Source: Eledone cirrhosa (taxonomy: Eukaryota). From it: a DNA stretch of 64,000 bases. Of this stretch, positions 12,894-26,645 are shown piece after piece. Numbering within the stretch: position 1 is the stretch's first letter; the number at the start of each line of letters is the position of its first letter. The notes under the pieces are model-generated. The model was not told the DNA's origin. It saw only the letters and a list, made by a program, of their open reading frames with translations, and did not search any database. Where the stretch lies: positions 121,892,001-121,956,000 of the forward strand of contig OZ024742.1 of the NCBI GenBank assembly GCA_964016885.1. Direction: 5' to 3'. A program made the translations under genes and the position numbers.

Positions 12894-13096
12894 ATACCCC
12901 CTCTCTCTCTGTCTTTATATATATGTGTTTGTGTGTGTGTGAACCAGCGTTCGTCGCCATTCTCTCTCTCTCTCTCTCTATCTGAATATCTTGTACCTCT
13001 CTCTGTATAACGACCTATCTCACTATCTCTCTCTACATATCCCTTTCTCTCTTTAGATGTATATGTATATATATATGTGTGTGTGTCTGTGTGTAT

Positions 13097-13140
<44 letters not shown>

Positions 13141-13314
13141 TTTTCGAGCAACCGGCCAACCAATATTTATCTAGGGGCTGCATTAACAAAAACGTGAAAC
13201 TTTTATGAGTCCAAAACACGCATGTTTGTTCCAAGTTGGAAGAAAATCGGTTGCCAACTGTAGAAGTTCTGTGGGTACGGACATACACACACACATCCTC
13301 CGTTTATATATATA

Positions 13315-14308
13315 TGTTAGTTCTTTCGTTACTTCGGTACTGTCTGGTTGGGTTTTGCCTACTGCAATGTTCAATTTGTCAAGCTATTTAAACGTATGTT
13401 ATTATTCTAAGGACCTACACTTATTGAGTGCTTTGCTAACTCATTCCTATTGTAAGTCGACTTTGCTTGCCCACAGCCAAAGCTTCGACTTTACTAAGCT
13501 TCCACTTGTATTATTTTCTCCTAGATTTAATAATTAACTAATTAATTTAATTAGACAATTCTGTTGATTGGTTAATTATTTGTGTTTGTTTAATAACTGT
13601 TTCTACTTTAGGCACAAGGCCAGCAATTACCCAGTGTATTACTGGTACTTTATTTTATCGACCCCGTAAGGATGAAAGGCTAAGTCAACCTCGGCGGGAT
13701 TTGAACTCAGATCGTAAAGGGACGTAACTATGCTGGAAAGCATGGCGTCCGACCCTCTACTGATACTGCCAATCCACCAACATCTGGTTGAGAGGTTTTA
13801 TTCGGAATGTTAGCGGAAATTATGATATTTCCTTTGTTAACATTTTGAATATACCCGCCAAAAACCGGGGGTTTCTTCCCTTGTTGGAAATAACACGTGA
13901 CAACTAAGTGTTCACTAGCCGCATTCTTAGCGGCCGTATTTAGCTAGTCCACTCCGATTTATGGCAGAACGGAATCTCTGTTGATGAAATGAATCCTCTG
14001 TTCGATCACGGAATACCACGAGCTTGCGTGTTACGTAAGTTGGATAAATGATTTCGGATTCATACAAACACTTTAAACGTATATCATTTGATTTGTCCAG
14101 GTGTATCTTTTTAACCTGTTAGTTCTTTCGTTACTTTGGTATTGTATGGTTGGGTTTTGCCTACCGCAATGTTCAATTTGTCAAGCTATTTAAACGTATG
14201 TTATTACTCCAAGTACCTACCCTCATTGAGTGCTTTGCTAACTCATTCCTATTGTAGGTCGACTTTGCTTGCCCACAGCCAAAGCTTCGATTTTACTAAG
14301 CTTCCACT

Positions 14309-14312
<4 letters not shown>
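13315..14312 (+). mobile_element. Non-coding element with about 196-bp direct terminal repeats (13315-13510, 14117-14312), interrupted by a SINE
   Basis: Direct repeats read directly, period 802 bp; (TA)n on both sides; degenerate HHR-like fold at 13977-14101. Confidence 0.75.
13592..13778 (-). mobile_element. tRNA-derived SINE, major family (probably Nin/Deu-type core)
   Basis: TGGCAGTATCAGTAG A-box, GAGTTCAAATCC B-box, core GCCTTTCATCCTTACGGGGTCGATAAAATAAAGTACC; at least 14 copies in the window. Confidence 0.8.
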
Positions 14313-14379
<67 letters not shown>

Positions 14380-14409
14380 ATAAGCAGCGATTCTTTGCTT
14401 AAACTTTTG

Positions 14410-14440
<31 letters not shown>

Positions 14441-14523
14441 TTATTAAAATAACAGATTAAATATATATATATATATATGTATATGTGTATATATGTGTGT
14501 ATATATGTATATATATACACACA

Positions 14524-15120
14524 GTTGGTGCTACTGGTAACATGTATCCCAGTACAACCTGTCTCATGGTCGGGACGTTGGCGACTAAACTGGCAACCCC
14601 ACCAAGGTTTCTTGGTGAGGAGGGTGACTTTGGACATCCTGCAGGACTAAAAGCAAAACCTGTCAAAGGGCAAAGGAGCTGTTAAGAGTCAATGGCCATC
14701 CAAAATCACCGGGAGAGATGACCTCTTAGCCTTTGTCAAGGCAGCATTCTAGGAGAAGGAAAACTCTGATATAACACCTGCAACCCTGATGGTATCCAAT
14801 GATGTTGACTTGTTCTTCTTTTTGGTAAATATCATCTTGGTTAAGAGAGTGGGACTGGCTTTGTGCAGTGCCTTTGCTCACTATAAAAGCTTCACGGCAC
14901 AAGCATTGCTTTATATCTGGAGATCTCTCTGCACTTGTCGTCACATGGTACCATGGGCCCAGCACTATGTGTCAATAATTGTCACAAGTGTAGTGTTTGT
15001 ACCAGAGTTTTCAATACGCTGGCTGGACTAAAAAGTCACACTCGTTCAGCGCATCGGTAGGCGTTCTCCTACATGGATATAAGGTAGTGGCCGTACTCGA
15101 AAACGAGTTGGCAGCCACCA
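14524..15120 (+). mobile_element. Non-autonomous RTE-derived element, longest copy
   Basis: GGAGAAGGAAAACTCTGA motif recalled from RTE 5' regions, plus the CSVCTRVFNTLAGLKSHTRSAH C2H2 finger (14989-15060) typical of RTE-BovB ORF ends. Confidence 0.65.
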
Positions 15121-15437
15121 TATATATGTATATATAAGTATATGTGTGTGTGTGTGTGTGTGAGAATGTAGCGAAGATAATACGTCAGCAATGACGTGTT
15201 CGTCAGAATGTCGTTATGCAGACAGTCAGTCATGCAGACAGATACTATAAGGGCTGTACGGTGATGGATAACCGGCGCCTCACACCCCTTTAACAACAGA
15301 AAATTGAAAAATAAAAGCGGCAGTTAATATCTTTAGACCGCAAGGAATATATAAATGCAAGTTTGAAGTCAATCGGAGAAGAAATGTGGATTTGTATCGA
15401 CTTTGTAAAAATGAAGACAGACACACAGACAACACCA

Positions 15438-15496
<59 letters not shown>

Positions 15497-15520
15497 ATAA
15501 TAATACATTTGAAGACTACA

Positions 15521-15612
15521 ATCCCGTTAAGGAAGATCCCGTTAAGGAAGATCCCGTTAAGGGTGAAAGCAGCGATTCTTTGTTTAAACTTTAATCTGTT
15601 ATTTTAATAAAT
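15521..15612 (+). mobile_element. Truncated family D copy with the reiterated 15-mer GAAGATCCCGTTAAG
   Basis: Direct reading; the tail matches 41262-41330. Confidence 0.7.
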
Positions 15613-15689
15613 ATATATATATATATATATAGAAATTATAGAAATTATATAGAAATTACATGAATCAAAGTTCTGTTTAAACCATTTAT

Positions 15690-15738
15690 TCGCTTACAAT
15701 TGTTTCTTCCAAACCGAGGTTTGGTGTCTTCGGAGCAA
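15690..15738 (-). ncRNA. Hammerhead-like motif with U4C core (family F), sense copy
   Basis: TTGCT-CCGAAGA-CA-CCAAAC-ctcg-GTTTGG-AA-GAAA-C-AATT-G-TA|AGCGA. Confidence 0.65.
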
Positions 15739-17202
15739 TTTTTTCAATGATTGATTACATACTTGACCTCCTTTCCAACACAAGAGACATACAGAAACAT
15801 ATGTATATATTTCTGCACAGTGGGTTGACATCCATTATAATATTTAAGCATGGCAATTTACATTCAAAGATTAAAGTCATATTAAAAGAAAACAAAATTG
15901 AAGTTAAAATACAACATTGACAGTTTACGAAGAAAATGCAAGAGGATAGTTAGAAGTAGTTAGTGTATGCAATAGTTACACGTAGGGTATGCACGTGTGT
16001 CTTATTTATATAAGATTATAGTGCGGCAGAGTGTTATATGTAATACAAGCACTTTAAGCGGGAAATCAAGAGTATTATGGGGGTTGTATTGGTAAAGTAT
16101 TTTTTTAATATGTATGATATAGAAGCTTGTGTGCAGAGAAATATTACAAATATCAAAAATATTAAAAATGAGAAGCAAAACAATATTATGGTTTTCGTAT
16201 ACACCACCATTTTCACAATCCAGGAAACGTAATATATAGATTATATGTCCTTCACATAATCCACGATGATTCAATATTGGATGCTTGATGAATTATGTTA
16301 GAATATTACAGCTTGTTGTTCTTTAATCCAATATTACAGAGCAGCTTGTTTTTGTTGCGAGAATTAACATCGTATTATTTTCCGGAAGTGTGTGTGTGAT
16401 TAAGGGGAGTTAATGCGTGGGCGGAGGTAACAAGCTGATTTCTATAACTAAATTTATTATCCTAATGTACATTAAATGGTGTCTCAAATGAGTCCCTATC
16501 ATATAAGGTTATAAACAGTTTCTACATTTAAGTATCCTATCTATAATTACAGTGTAGTCTATCAAGAAGTACTAAAGGTGTTCATATTAGGATGATTACC
16601 CTCTATCATAGAGTGCCACAACTGGATATTCTACATGAAGAGTCAGATCCCCAAATCAATTATCTTTGTAAGTGCAGTCTACCCGCAGAACCTGGCAGGG
16701 TTTTATTAGAATCACTTCTATATATAACTCTTGGTAAGCTCTGGGTCAGTGCATGTCTGATTGCATGGCAAAGTTAAATATCACTAGGGTAGACCAGAGA
16801 TCAATTCTCACTTACAATGTCACTAATCTGACCATCAAGTCATACATGTATGTATAACTCATACATCCCTTGTACATAATTCATTGTACTCAGCATATAG
16901 CTTATATAGCTCTTTTATGTTAATAAATTAATTAATCTTTCATTTATCCAATGATGGCACTCCATACACAGAACAACATTAGCACAACCAATTCAGTGTT
17001 TAAAGTTTACATTAATTATATAGTGGTGTAATGTAGTGTAAGTAATTGAAGTAGATGTACATGGGGATATCTCTAGGGTAAAAGGTTCTAGAAGGATGTC
17101 ACTATTTGTGTTAAAGTGGATCAATGAGTGTGGAGATGTGGTGTAAGGTGTGCCCTTGAGGTTTGTTGCTAGAGGTGGTGACGGATTCAAGTCTGACATT
17201 GT

Positions 17203-19135
17203 TATATATTGGGTTGAAAGTTTTGGAAGGAGTGTCGGAAGCGGTGTTGGTAAGATGCGAACACTCCTGATTTTTTTATGAAGGAGGTTGTGGTTTGAGA
17301 AGATAATAGTATGGGTCGCTAGTAGACAGAGGTTACAAAATTTATTAGGTGGTTTGTACGATGTCGGGTTACCTATCACTTCCCATTTAATTGTATAAGA
17401 TTTATTTTTAGTTTTTAGATAGTGTATGTAGCTAGATAGTGAAGTGGAGTTGGCTAGACTGTGTTTTTTGAAAGAGTTAAGGTGTGAATTGTATCTGGTT
17501 TTGAAGCAGTTTGAAGTAGAGCCTATATAGGTTTCAGAAGAGTTGTTAGTTGGTACGGTGCATGAGTATATGATATCCTTGATTAAGTATTTTTTATCTA
17601 AAGGGCAGTTTCTATTTGATCTACAGTTACAATTATTCTGGGTGTTAGTCTGCCGGTTATTATGTTGTGTAGAGGTCTGGATGGTAGCTATAGGATTATG
17701 GTTATGTGGGTTGTCGTTCCCAGCGTTATTGCTTACACAAGTGCTATTACTATTATTACTATTGTTATTAGGGTTAGTTGATATAATGTTATTTTGAAGG
17801 TTTATCGTCTGTTGTGATTTAGTTTGTTGGAAGTAAGAATTAATTTTTCTTTTATTGCTACTAGCTATGTGGTATGCTATGTTAGGCGTAGTAGAGTAGG
17901 AGATTTTAATAGTGTTTTTGTTTAAAAGGCTATGGTACTTGTGGCCAGATGGGAAGTTTTTATCTAGTAGTGAGAAGAAAGCCCTAGGTAGGTTGCTAGA
18001 GACGTTTAGATTGAAAGGAGGGTTGAAAAATGTATTATTTCTTCTTCTATTTGTGTTTTTTATGTATGGTGAGTTGTTTCCTTTTATGGTACTATGGTAA
18101 TTTCTGTGGTGTGGGTTACTTTTGTTGGCATCCTCCGTATTAGTGTGTGTGTGGTTGCTATTCTTATTACTAAATTTCCTCATGGACATATTGTGCGAAA
18201 TAATGTTGTAGCTATGTGTTTTTGTAGGTAGGAACTCGATCTCTATATTATGGCCTGATCTAGCTAATGCCTGATTATAATATTGCGAGATTTTGCTAAA
18301 TATGTTTACGTCATAGGATAGATTAGAGATTCTATTGGATACTCCCTTAGAGATAGAGTTTAATACTGATCTAGGGTGGTTAGACTTGGTATCTACGTAA
18401 ATGAGTTTTTCGTTAGGTTTATGGAAAGGTGTATATATCTTTGAGTCTAGGTAGAGGGTGGCGTCCAGGAAGTTAACGTTTTTAGTGTTTTTGTCCATGG
18501 TAATACTAAGGTTATAGTTTTTGAATGTCTTGTGCAATAGTTTTCTAGTTCTTTCTATATTGAATTTTTTATAGTCTATAAGTAGAAGTGCATCATCGCG
18601 GTACAAACTACCGTTGAGGTATGGAAGGTCCTTATGGATTTCGTTAAGTAAATATAGGCCGACCAAATCAGTGACCTGCGCCGAGTCACTAGATCCCATG
18701 GTTATGTCGAAGTTGTTTTGCGTATCTTTGCGGGTCCATAATTGGTCTTCGAAGGTGATTACGATTTTACGGGCCGCAAGTATGACATCAATCTGGAGTC
18801 TAGTCAGGTCACTATTGTCCATGGCCATGATTAGTGCCTTATTTAATAGGATAGGGGAAATAGAGGTGTAGTATGAATTGATATCAAATTGAATAAATTT
18901 GTTATCCTTGTTATCCTTATTATCTTTGAACCATTCAATAACTTCACCCGTATTTCCCCATTGTTTAAGGTATATCTTGTGTTTAATCTGTGGGATGATT
19001 TTAACTAAAATTTTCTTACTGATAATGCCAATGTCAGACTTGGAAGGGCAGATAAGTCTAATCGAGGGCTGGCTAATGAAGTCCTCCTTATGGTCCTTCA
19101 GAGAGAATCTATGGGGGTTTGGGATATATGGTTGT
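17203..19135 (-). pseudogene. PLE RT plus GIY-YIG (Naiad-like), 5'-truncated at the inversion junction, frameshift near 17270
   Basis: The frame is open upstream of the listed ATG (SLKDHKEDF, IRLICPSKSDIG, QFDINSYYTSI); also ITMGSSDS, LYRDDAL, NFLDATL, CNCR..CPL, IIY..YIG. Confidence 0.92.
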
Positions 19136-20842
19136 CAGATACAATTCACACCTCCACTCTTTCAAAAAACACAGTCTAGCCAACTCCACTTCACTGTCTA
19201 GCTATATACACTATCTAAAAACTAAAAATAAATCTTATACACTTAAATGGGAAGTGATAAGTAACGCGACATCGTACAAACCACCTAAAAAATTTTGTTA
19301 CCTCTGTCTACTAGAGACCCATACGTCTTGCCAGCACCGCTTCCGACACTTCTTCCAACACTTTAAACCCAATATATAACAATGTCAGACTTGAACCCGT
19401 CACCACCTCTAACAACAAACCTCAAGGGCACACTTTACACCACATCTCCACACTCATTGATCCACTTTAACACAAATAGTGACATCCTTCTAGAACCTTT
19501 TACCCTAGAGATATCCCCATGTACATCTACTTCAATTACTTAGACTACATTACACCACTATATAATTAATGTAAACTTTAAACACTGAATTGGTTGTGCT
19601 AATGTTGTTCTGTGTATGGAGTGCCATCATTGGATAAATGAAAGATTAATTAATTTATTAACATAAAAGAGCTATATAACCTATATGCTGAGTGCAATGA
19701 ATTATGTACAAGTGATGTATGAGTTATACATATATGTATGACTTGATAGTCAGATTAGTAACATTGTAAGTGAGAATTGATCTCTGGTCTACCCTAGTGA
19801 TATTTAACTTTGCCATGCAATCAGACATGCACTGACCCAGAGCTTACCAGGAGTTATATATAGAAGTGATTCTAATAAAACCCTGCCAGGTTCTGCGGGT
19901 AGACTGCACTTACAAAGATAATTGATTTGGGGATCTGACTCTTCATGTAGAATATCCAGTTGTGGCACTCTATGATAGAGGGTAATCATCCTAATATGAA
20001 CACCTTTAGTACTTCTTGATAGACTACACTGTAATTATAGATAGGATACTTAAATTTAAAAACTGTTTATAACCTTATATGATAGGGACTCATTTGAGAC
20101 ACCATTTAATGTACATTAGGATAATAAATTTAGTTATAGAAATCAGCTAGTTACCTCCCCCCACGCATTAACTCCCCTTAATCACACACACACTTCCGGA
20201 AAATAATACGATGTTAATTCTCGCAACAAAAACAAGCTGCTCTGTAATATTGGATTAAAGAACAACAAGCTGTAATATTCTAACATAATTCATCAAGCAT
20301 CCAATATTGAATCATCGTAGATTATGTGAAGGACATATAATCTATATATTACGTTTCCTGGATTGTGAAAATGGTGGTGTATACGAAAACCATAATATTG
20401 TTTTGCTTCTCATTTTTAATATTTTTGATATTTGTAATATTTCTCTGCACACAAGCTTCTATTTTATACATATTAAAAAAATACTTTACCAATACAACCC
20501 CCATAATACTCTTGATCTCCCGCTTAAAGTGCTTGTATTACATGTAACACCCTGCCGCACTATAATCTTATATAAATAAGATACCCGTGCATACCCTACG
20601 TGTAACTATTGCATACACTAACTACTTCTAACTATCCTCTTGCATTTTCTTCGTAAACTGTCAATGTTGTATTTTAACTTCAATTTTGTTTTCTTTTAAT
20701 ATGACTTTAATCTTTGAATGTAAATTGCCATGCTTAAATATTATAATGGATGTCAACCCACTGTGCAGCAATATATACATATGTTTCCGTATGTCTCTTG
20801 TGTTGGAAAGGAGGTCAAGTATGTAATCAATCATTGAAAAAA

Positions 20843-20891
20843 TTGCTCCGAAGACACCAAACCTCGGTTTGGAAGAAACAATTGTAAGCGA
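20843..20891 (+). ncRNA. Hammerhead-like motif with U4C core (family F), inverted copy
   Basis: Reverse complement of 15690-15738. Confidence 0.65.
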
Positions 20892-21139
20892 ATAAATGGT
20901 TTAAGCAGAACTTTGATTCATGTAATTTCTATATAACTGCTCTGTAGAACAACTGATGTTATTACATTGAGCTATTTATCTTACTGTTAATAAGGTAGTA
21001 ATAAATTACTGTCTTTCACTATTTACAGTTTAAAATATATATAACTATAAAAGGTTTTAGTATATACATAACCATAAATAGTATCCTTAATACTATATAT
21101 ATATATTTACATATATATATATATTTATATAATAACGAA

Positions 21140-21222
<83 letters not shown>

Positions 21223-21409
21223 ACTTTTGAAAGACAATGACAGATGATCGAGATCTTTGGCGTTACGCAGTAATCCAGAAGACACGCTTTCCAATGTGCA
21301 CAGACTCCAACATACATCTAGTAGGCACCTTTTAACAACTATACCAACTGCTGTCTACACCACCCTTACACTGTGAATAAAACCAATCCAGCCCACACGA
21401 CAAAAAGCA

Positions 21410-21600
21410 CCCACCAGACACTATGTATGTGGTTGGCGTTAGGGAGAGCATCCAGCCGTAGAAACCAAGCTAGAAACAGTTCTATAAGAGTAAGACACGA
21501 TAACCTGACCCAACTTGCCTCAGATGGGACAACCCGTTTAACCCATGCTAGCGTGGAAAATGGATGTCAAACGACGATGGTAATGATGATGATGATGATG
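21410..21600 (+). mobile_element. RTE-type 3' end or SINE tail with (GAT)n
   Basis: Similar to the minus-strand tail at 32251-32420 that adjoins RTE coding sequence. Confidence 0.55.
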
Positions 21601-22017
21601 ATTATCATGATATTCATACATACACCCCCACCAAACACGTGTATATATATACATATATATATGCGGAAGGATGTTGTTTTAAGTTTTAATACCCGTAACT
21701 CTAAGCCAAATATTTAAAAGACAAAGCAAGTAAAGCAAGCAGCGTTTATTGAAATACGAAAGACAGTGGAAGCCACATACGCATTCAAAGCATGGCCGCC
21801 AACGTTCGTTATTTTTCTTTAAAAAGAAATATTTTGTTTCAATTTAATGTAAGCTACAAATAATTAGGGATTTATAAAAAAATGAATAAATAGAAAATGA
21901 ATATTAATTTAAAGATGTTATTAGTTCTCAAATGAAATCAAGAAAAGCGAAGCACCGTATAGAAATTCAGCGTAAACTTTATCGAACGAATTAATGTCTG
22001 TACTATTTTCCTCCATC

Positions 22018-22068
<51 letters not shown>

Positions 22069-22529
22069 GGTGGTGATGGTAATAATGATGATGATGATGA
22101 TGATGATGATGAGGATGATGATGATGATACTAACAATAATAATGAAAATAATAGCAATCTAGGTTTCGCAAGTTCGAATTGTTTTAGTTTATTAAATTGA
22201 TTTGAACATCTAGCCTGAAGCAAATAAACATACCGTTGAGAGGTGATACACTTAGAAGTGAATTTCTTTCCATATATACAAAATTCCATTTTAATAATGC
22301 ATTCCTGGCGGAGTCTTACTTAGAAACAAATTGAAATAAAAATAAAAGGGGAAATATCTTAAATACGTTTTAAACAGCGAAACCCGATCTCTTCGTTTAG
22401 TGAACAATTTTTTTTTAAGGACAAGGAATCATTTTATTTTACAAAGCTGTTTATACAAACACGATTAAAGAGAACAAAATAAGAAAAAAGGAAATAAAAA
22501 GAAAGAGAAAAGAGGAATCAAGCAATGGA

Positions 22530-22560
<31 letters not shown>

Positions 22561-22654
22561 GAAAAGAGGGAGAGAGAGAAATAGGAGGGGGAGAGAGAGA
22601 GAGAGGGCGTGAGGCGTGACAGACCCTATATCCCAGTTCGAGCGGTGCCACAGC

Positions 22655-22975
22655 CGTAACCTTGCTAACCTCGGCGGTATTTGAACTCAGAACATAAAGG
22701 GCCATAACTCTATGTTGATAAGCATGGCGTCCAACCCTCTACCGATACTGCCAATCCACCGCCCTTTACAATAATCATAATAATGATTTCTGATTTAGAC
22801 ACAAGGGCAATCATTTTGGGGAAGAGGTAAGTCGATTAAATGGCCCTCAGTGCAAACCTGTAAAGATGAACGGCAACGCTAACCCCAGTGGGATTTGAAC
22901 TCAGAACGTAAAGAGACATAACTCTTTGCTGCAAAGTATATTGTCCGACGCTTTACCGATATTACCAATCCACCA
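22655..22975 (-). mobile_element. Two degenerate copies of the major tRNA-derived SINE
   Basis: TTTGAACTCAGAAC and GATACTGCCAATCCACC motifs each occur twice. Confidence 0.75.
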
Positions 22976-23471
22976 ACTGTTCAAGAATCATGATAATATA
23001 TTTCCTAATTTACGTTATTTTAACCTTTAGTTTTAGCTCATCTATGTAGAATTGCGCAATTCTCATCTCAGAATAATACATCAACATAGAAATTAGGAAA
23101 TGCATGTGTCACGTAACTTGTAATCAGTAATGTGGAGGAAAAGTAACTAAAGTATTATTTAGTAACACTGACAATGTTCGTAATAGTGGTTCCAGCTAGT
23201 ATGTGTGATAGACATTGGGTCGGTGATGGAAGGACGAAGGGTGAACTAATTTCTCATCATTATTTGTAATATATGATGGCAGGTGAATATTTTCGTGGGA
23301 TTCAGGAGCGTGCAAGTATTCATAACGTTAAGTATGCTTCAGCATAAATATTACTATGAAATGATTATATAAATAAAAGTAAATAACATAAATGTAAAGA
23401 CAATATATGTGTTTATGCGTGTATGTGAATGTGTGGGGCTGTCGCACGTTGTGTACAAGTAGGAACATATA

Positions 23472-23506
<35 letters not shown>

Positions 23507-23623
23507 CGCGTATATTTCACTCTCTCACTGGGTAACCTTTACTCTTGCTCATTCTCTTTTACTCTCTCTCACATACTTTCTATCTCTCCCCACTCTCTCT
23601 CTACATATATACATACATACATA

Positions 23624-23685
<62 letters not shown>

Positions 23686-23958
23686 TATATATACAAATAT
23701 CTATATATATATATATATACACACACATATATATATACATATATATATATGTATATATGTATATATATATATATATTATATACATATATATACATATATA
23801 TATATATGTATATATGTATATATATATATTATATACATATATATACATATATATATATGTATATATGTATATATATATATATATATATTATATACATATA
23901 TATACATATATATATATATGTATGTATGTATATTATATATATATGTATATATATATAT

Positions 23959-24161
23959 AACGAAGGAAATGTGGTAAGGAACCAGGTGGACCATAACGCA
24001 CCAAAGTACTCAATACTTAGGGTAGTAGAGTGGGTAATAGGAACGAGTAGGACCCCGACGGCTGAGCTCAAGCCGTTTCGATGGCTAATTCTGGACTCAT
24101 TAGTCCAGAATTAGCCGTCGAAACGGCTTGAGCTCAGCCGTCGGGGTCCTACTCGTTCCTA
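23959..24161 (-). mobile_element. Palindromic mini-element, family B (half HHR)
   Basis: Fold-back at CTGGACT-catt-AGTCCAG; (TA)n flanks. Confidence 0.85.
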
Positions 24162-24579
24162 TATATATATATATATATATATACATACTAAGGTTGATCA
24201 CTTCAGTATATATGCTGCTCAGTTCTGGTATATCGTATTTGCCTTTTTCGACCAGACATACCTTCAAGAAGCCATCCTCATAAATTTAGTATTTGTTTTA
24301 GTGCAGTTTGGACTATCTGTGTATCTTCATAAAATTTTGGAATGTCTCTTTAGACCTTGAGATTTTCAGATCTTGTGGCATATGTGGCATTGGTGATGGT
24401 GGACTGCGTCATATTTATATTGTAATTGTAGAAGTTATAGATAAGAGTAGATAGGGAAATGTGATGAGGTACTTTGTATCACCAGCCTCCCCCTCCCCAC
24501 ATATATATATATGTATGTATGTATATATACATACATATACATAAAGTGAGTGTGTGCATGTTTATATATGTATATATAT

Positions 24580-24614
<35 letters not shown>

Positions 24615-24729
24615 AGAGTGAATTTTTTTTACAAAATGAAAAATAACCGAGGTGTCCTATACGAGTGAAAGTATAAAATAAATATATATATTTAAAAAAA
24701 AAATAAGACTAGTTGCATTTTCGATCTCA

Positions 24730-25306
<577 letters not shown>

Positions 25307-25359
25307 ACATATTATATATATAATATAAGATCAAAAGATGGTTAAAAGAGTTCCAAGTA

Positions 25360-25426
25360 TTTTATTATGCGCATTTCAAAAACAAATATCATCATGGGAT
25401 GATATCTGCGTTTTCATCAGATAAAA
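25360..25426 (-). ncRNA. Type I hammerhead (family H), intact core, inverted arm
   Basis: TTTTAT-CTGATGA-AAACGCAGATATCATC-ccat-GATGATATTTGTTTTT-GAAA-T-GCGC-A-TA|ATAAAA. Confidence 0.85.
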
Positions 25427-25835
25427 TAGGGATACATGATATGAAGCTTAAAAAACACTTGTGAATAGTGAAGTTTTAAATCAACATATGAAAAATAATT
25501 TAAGATTGATGTATGAGACTGGGAAAAAGTGAGGGGGGCTGGAAAAGGTAAGGAAGAGGAGGAGATGAGAGTATAGAATGGTGGGGGTGGAGTATAAGAA
25601 GGAAGGATGAGAGAGGAGGGGAGATGCGTGATTGGAGAGAGAGATAGCCTTTACAACCGAGAAAAATATATATTGTCTCACAGAGAGAAGTTAAAAAGCC
25701 GTTGGAAGATAATAGATAATTTAAAAGAATTTGAAATTAAAAGTTAATGAGGTTTATGCATGAAGAGAAAAAGGGATATAATTTGCTATAATGCTCCTTT
25801 CTCTATTTCTATTAATAATAATATTCCTAAACTAT

Positions 25836-26645
25836 TCTTTAGATAAATGCTTCCCTCCCTCACATATCTATAGTAAAATCTTTAACAAACATACAATAAC
25901 ATTTTCCTATTCCACCTCCTCCAACATCTCTAATATTATCTCTAAACACAACAATAACATATTAAATATTAAATCACATCCTTCCAACACTGAGCGTCGT
26001 AATAATAGCAGTAGTACTCCCGACGTCATTGTTAACTCTAGGCTAGATTCTGCAAACTCAAATACGACGTCAAACGTAACTTCGTTGAATGTTCATAATA
26101 CCAATCTAAATCAGGAAACTATTATTCCTATCGTAAATAACTTCTCCAATCCAATTCCTCCTATAAATAACACTAGATCACTTGTTAATAACTCTGTTAA
26201 TTTCTCTAATCGCAATTGTAATTGCCCTGTTAGAACTAAATGTCCCCTCAATAACCGTTGTCTTGATAAAAACTTAGTCTATGAATGTAACGTTATAACT
26301 GATACCAATTCCTTTACCTATTTCGGTTCCACTTCCACCCCCTTCAAAGATAGATTTTATAATCGCAATTCGTCTTTTAAATACCAACTTAAAAGAACTA
26401 ACACGGCCCTCTCAGAACTCATATGGTCCTTGAAAGACAAAAATATTAACTATAACATCTTTTGGAGAAAAGTTTGTTCTGCCGCTCCCTACTTGAATGC
26501 CTCCCTATCCAGAACATGTAACCTTTGCCTAGCTGATAAATTTACCATTATATCTAGTTTCAATTCCATAATAAATAGACGCACTGATTTATTTTCTCTC
26601 TGCTTGCATAAATTCCACAGAACATTCCATAAAGTATACAGCTAA
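25836..26645 (+). pseudogene. C-terminal PLE fragment: thumb/linker plus GIY-YIG endonuclease
   Basis: LDKCFP..KIFNKHTITFSYS, CNCP..CPLNNRCL, NLVY..YFG, FKDRFYN, TALSELIWSLK, CNLCL, CLH; homologous to PLE1 and PLE2. Confidence 0.9.

Larger units (their letters stand above)
15631..21020 (-). mobile_element. Penelope-like element PLE2 with about 1.8-kb inverted arms
   Basis: 15646-17497 is inverted at 19136-20935 (right arm lacks about 55 bp near 19324); RT/GIY-YIG ORF; HHR-like motif in both arms; right boundary approximate. Confidence 0.93.

Noticed and set aside
16002-20579. Duplicated 60-90-aa ORFs in the PLE2 arms
   Set aside because: They are antisense UTR frames repeated only because of the inverted duplication.
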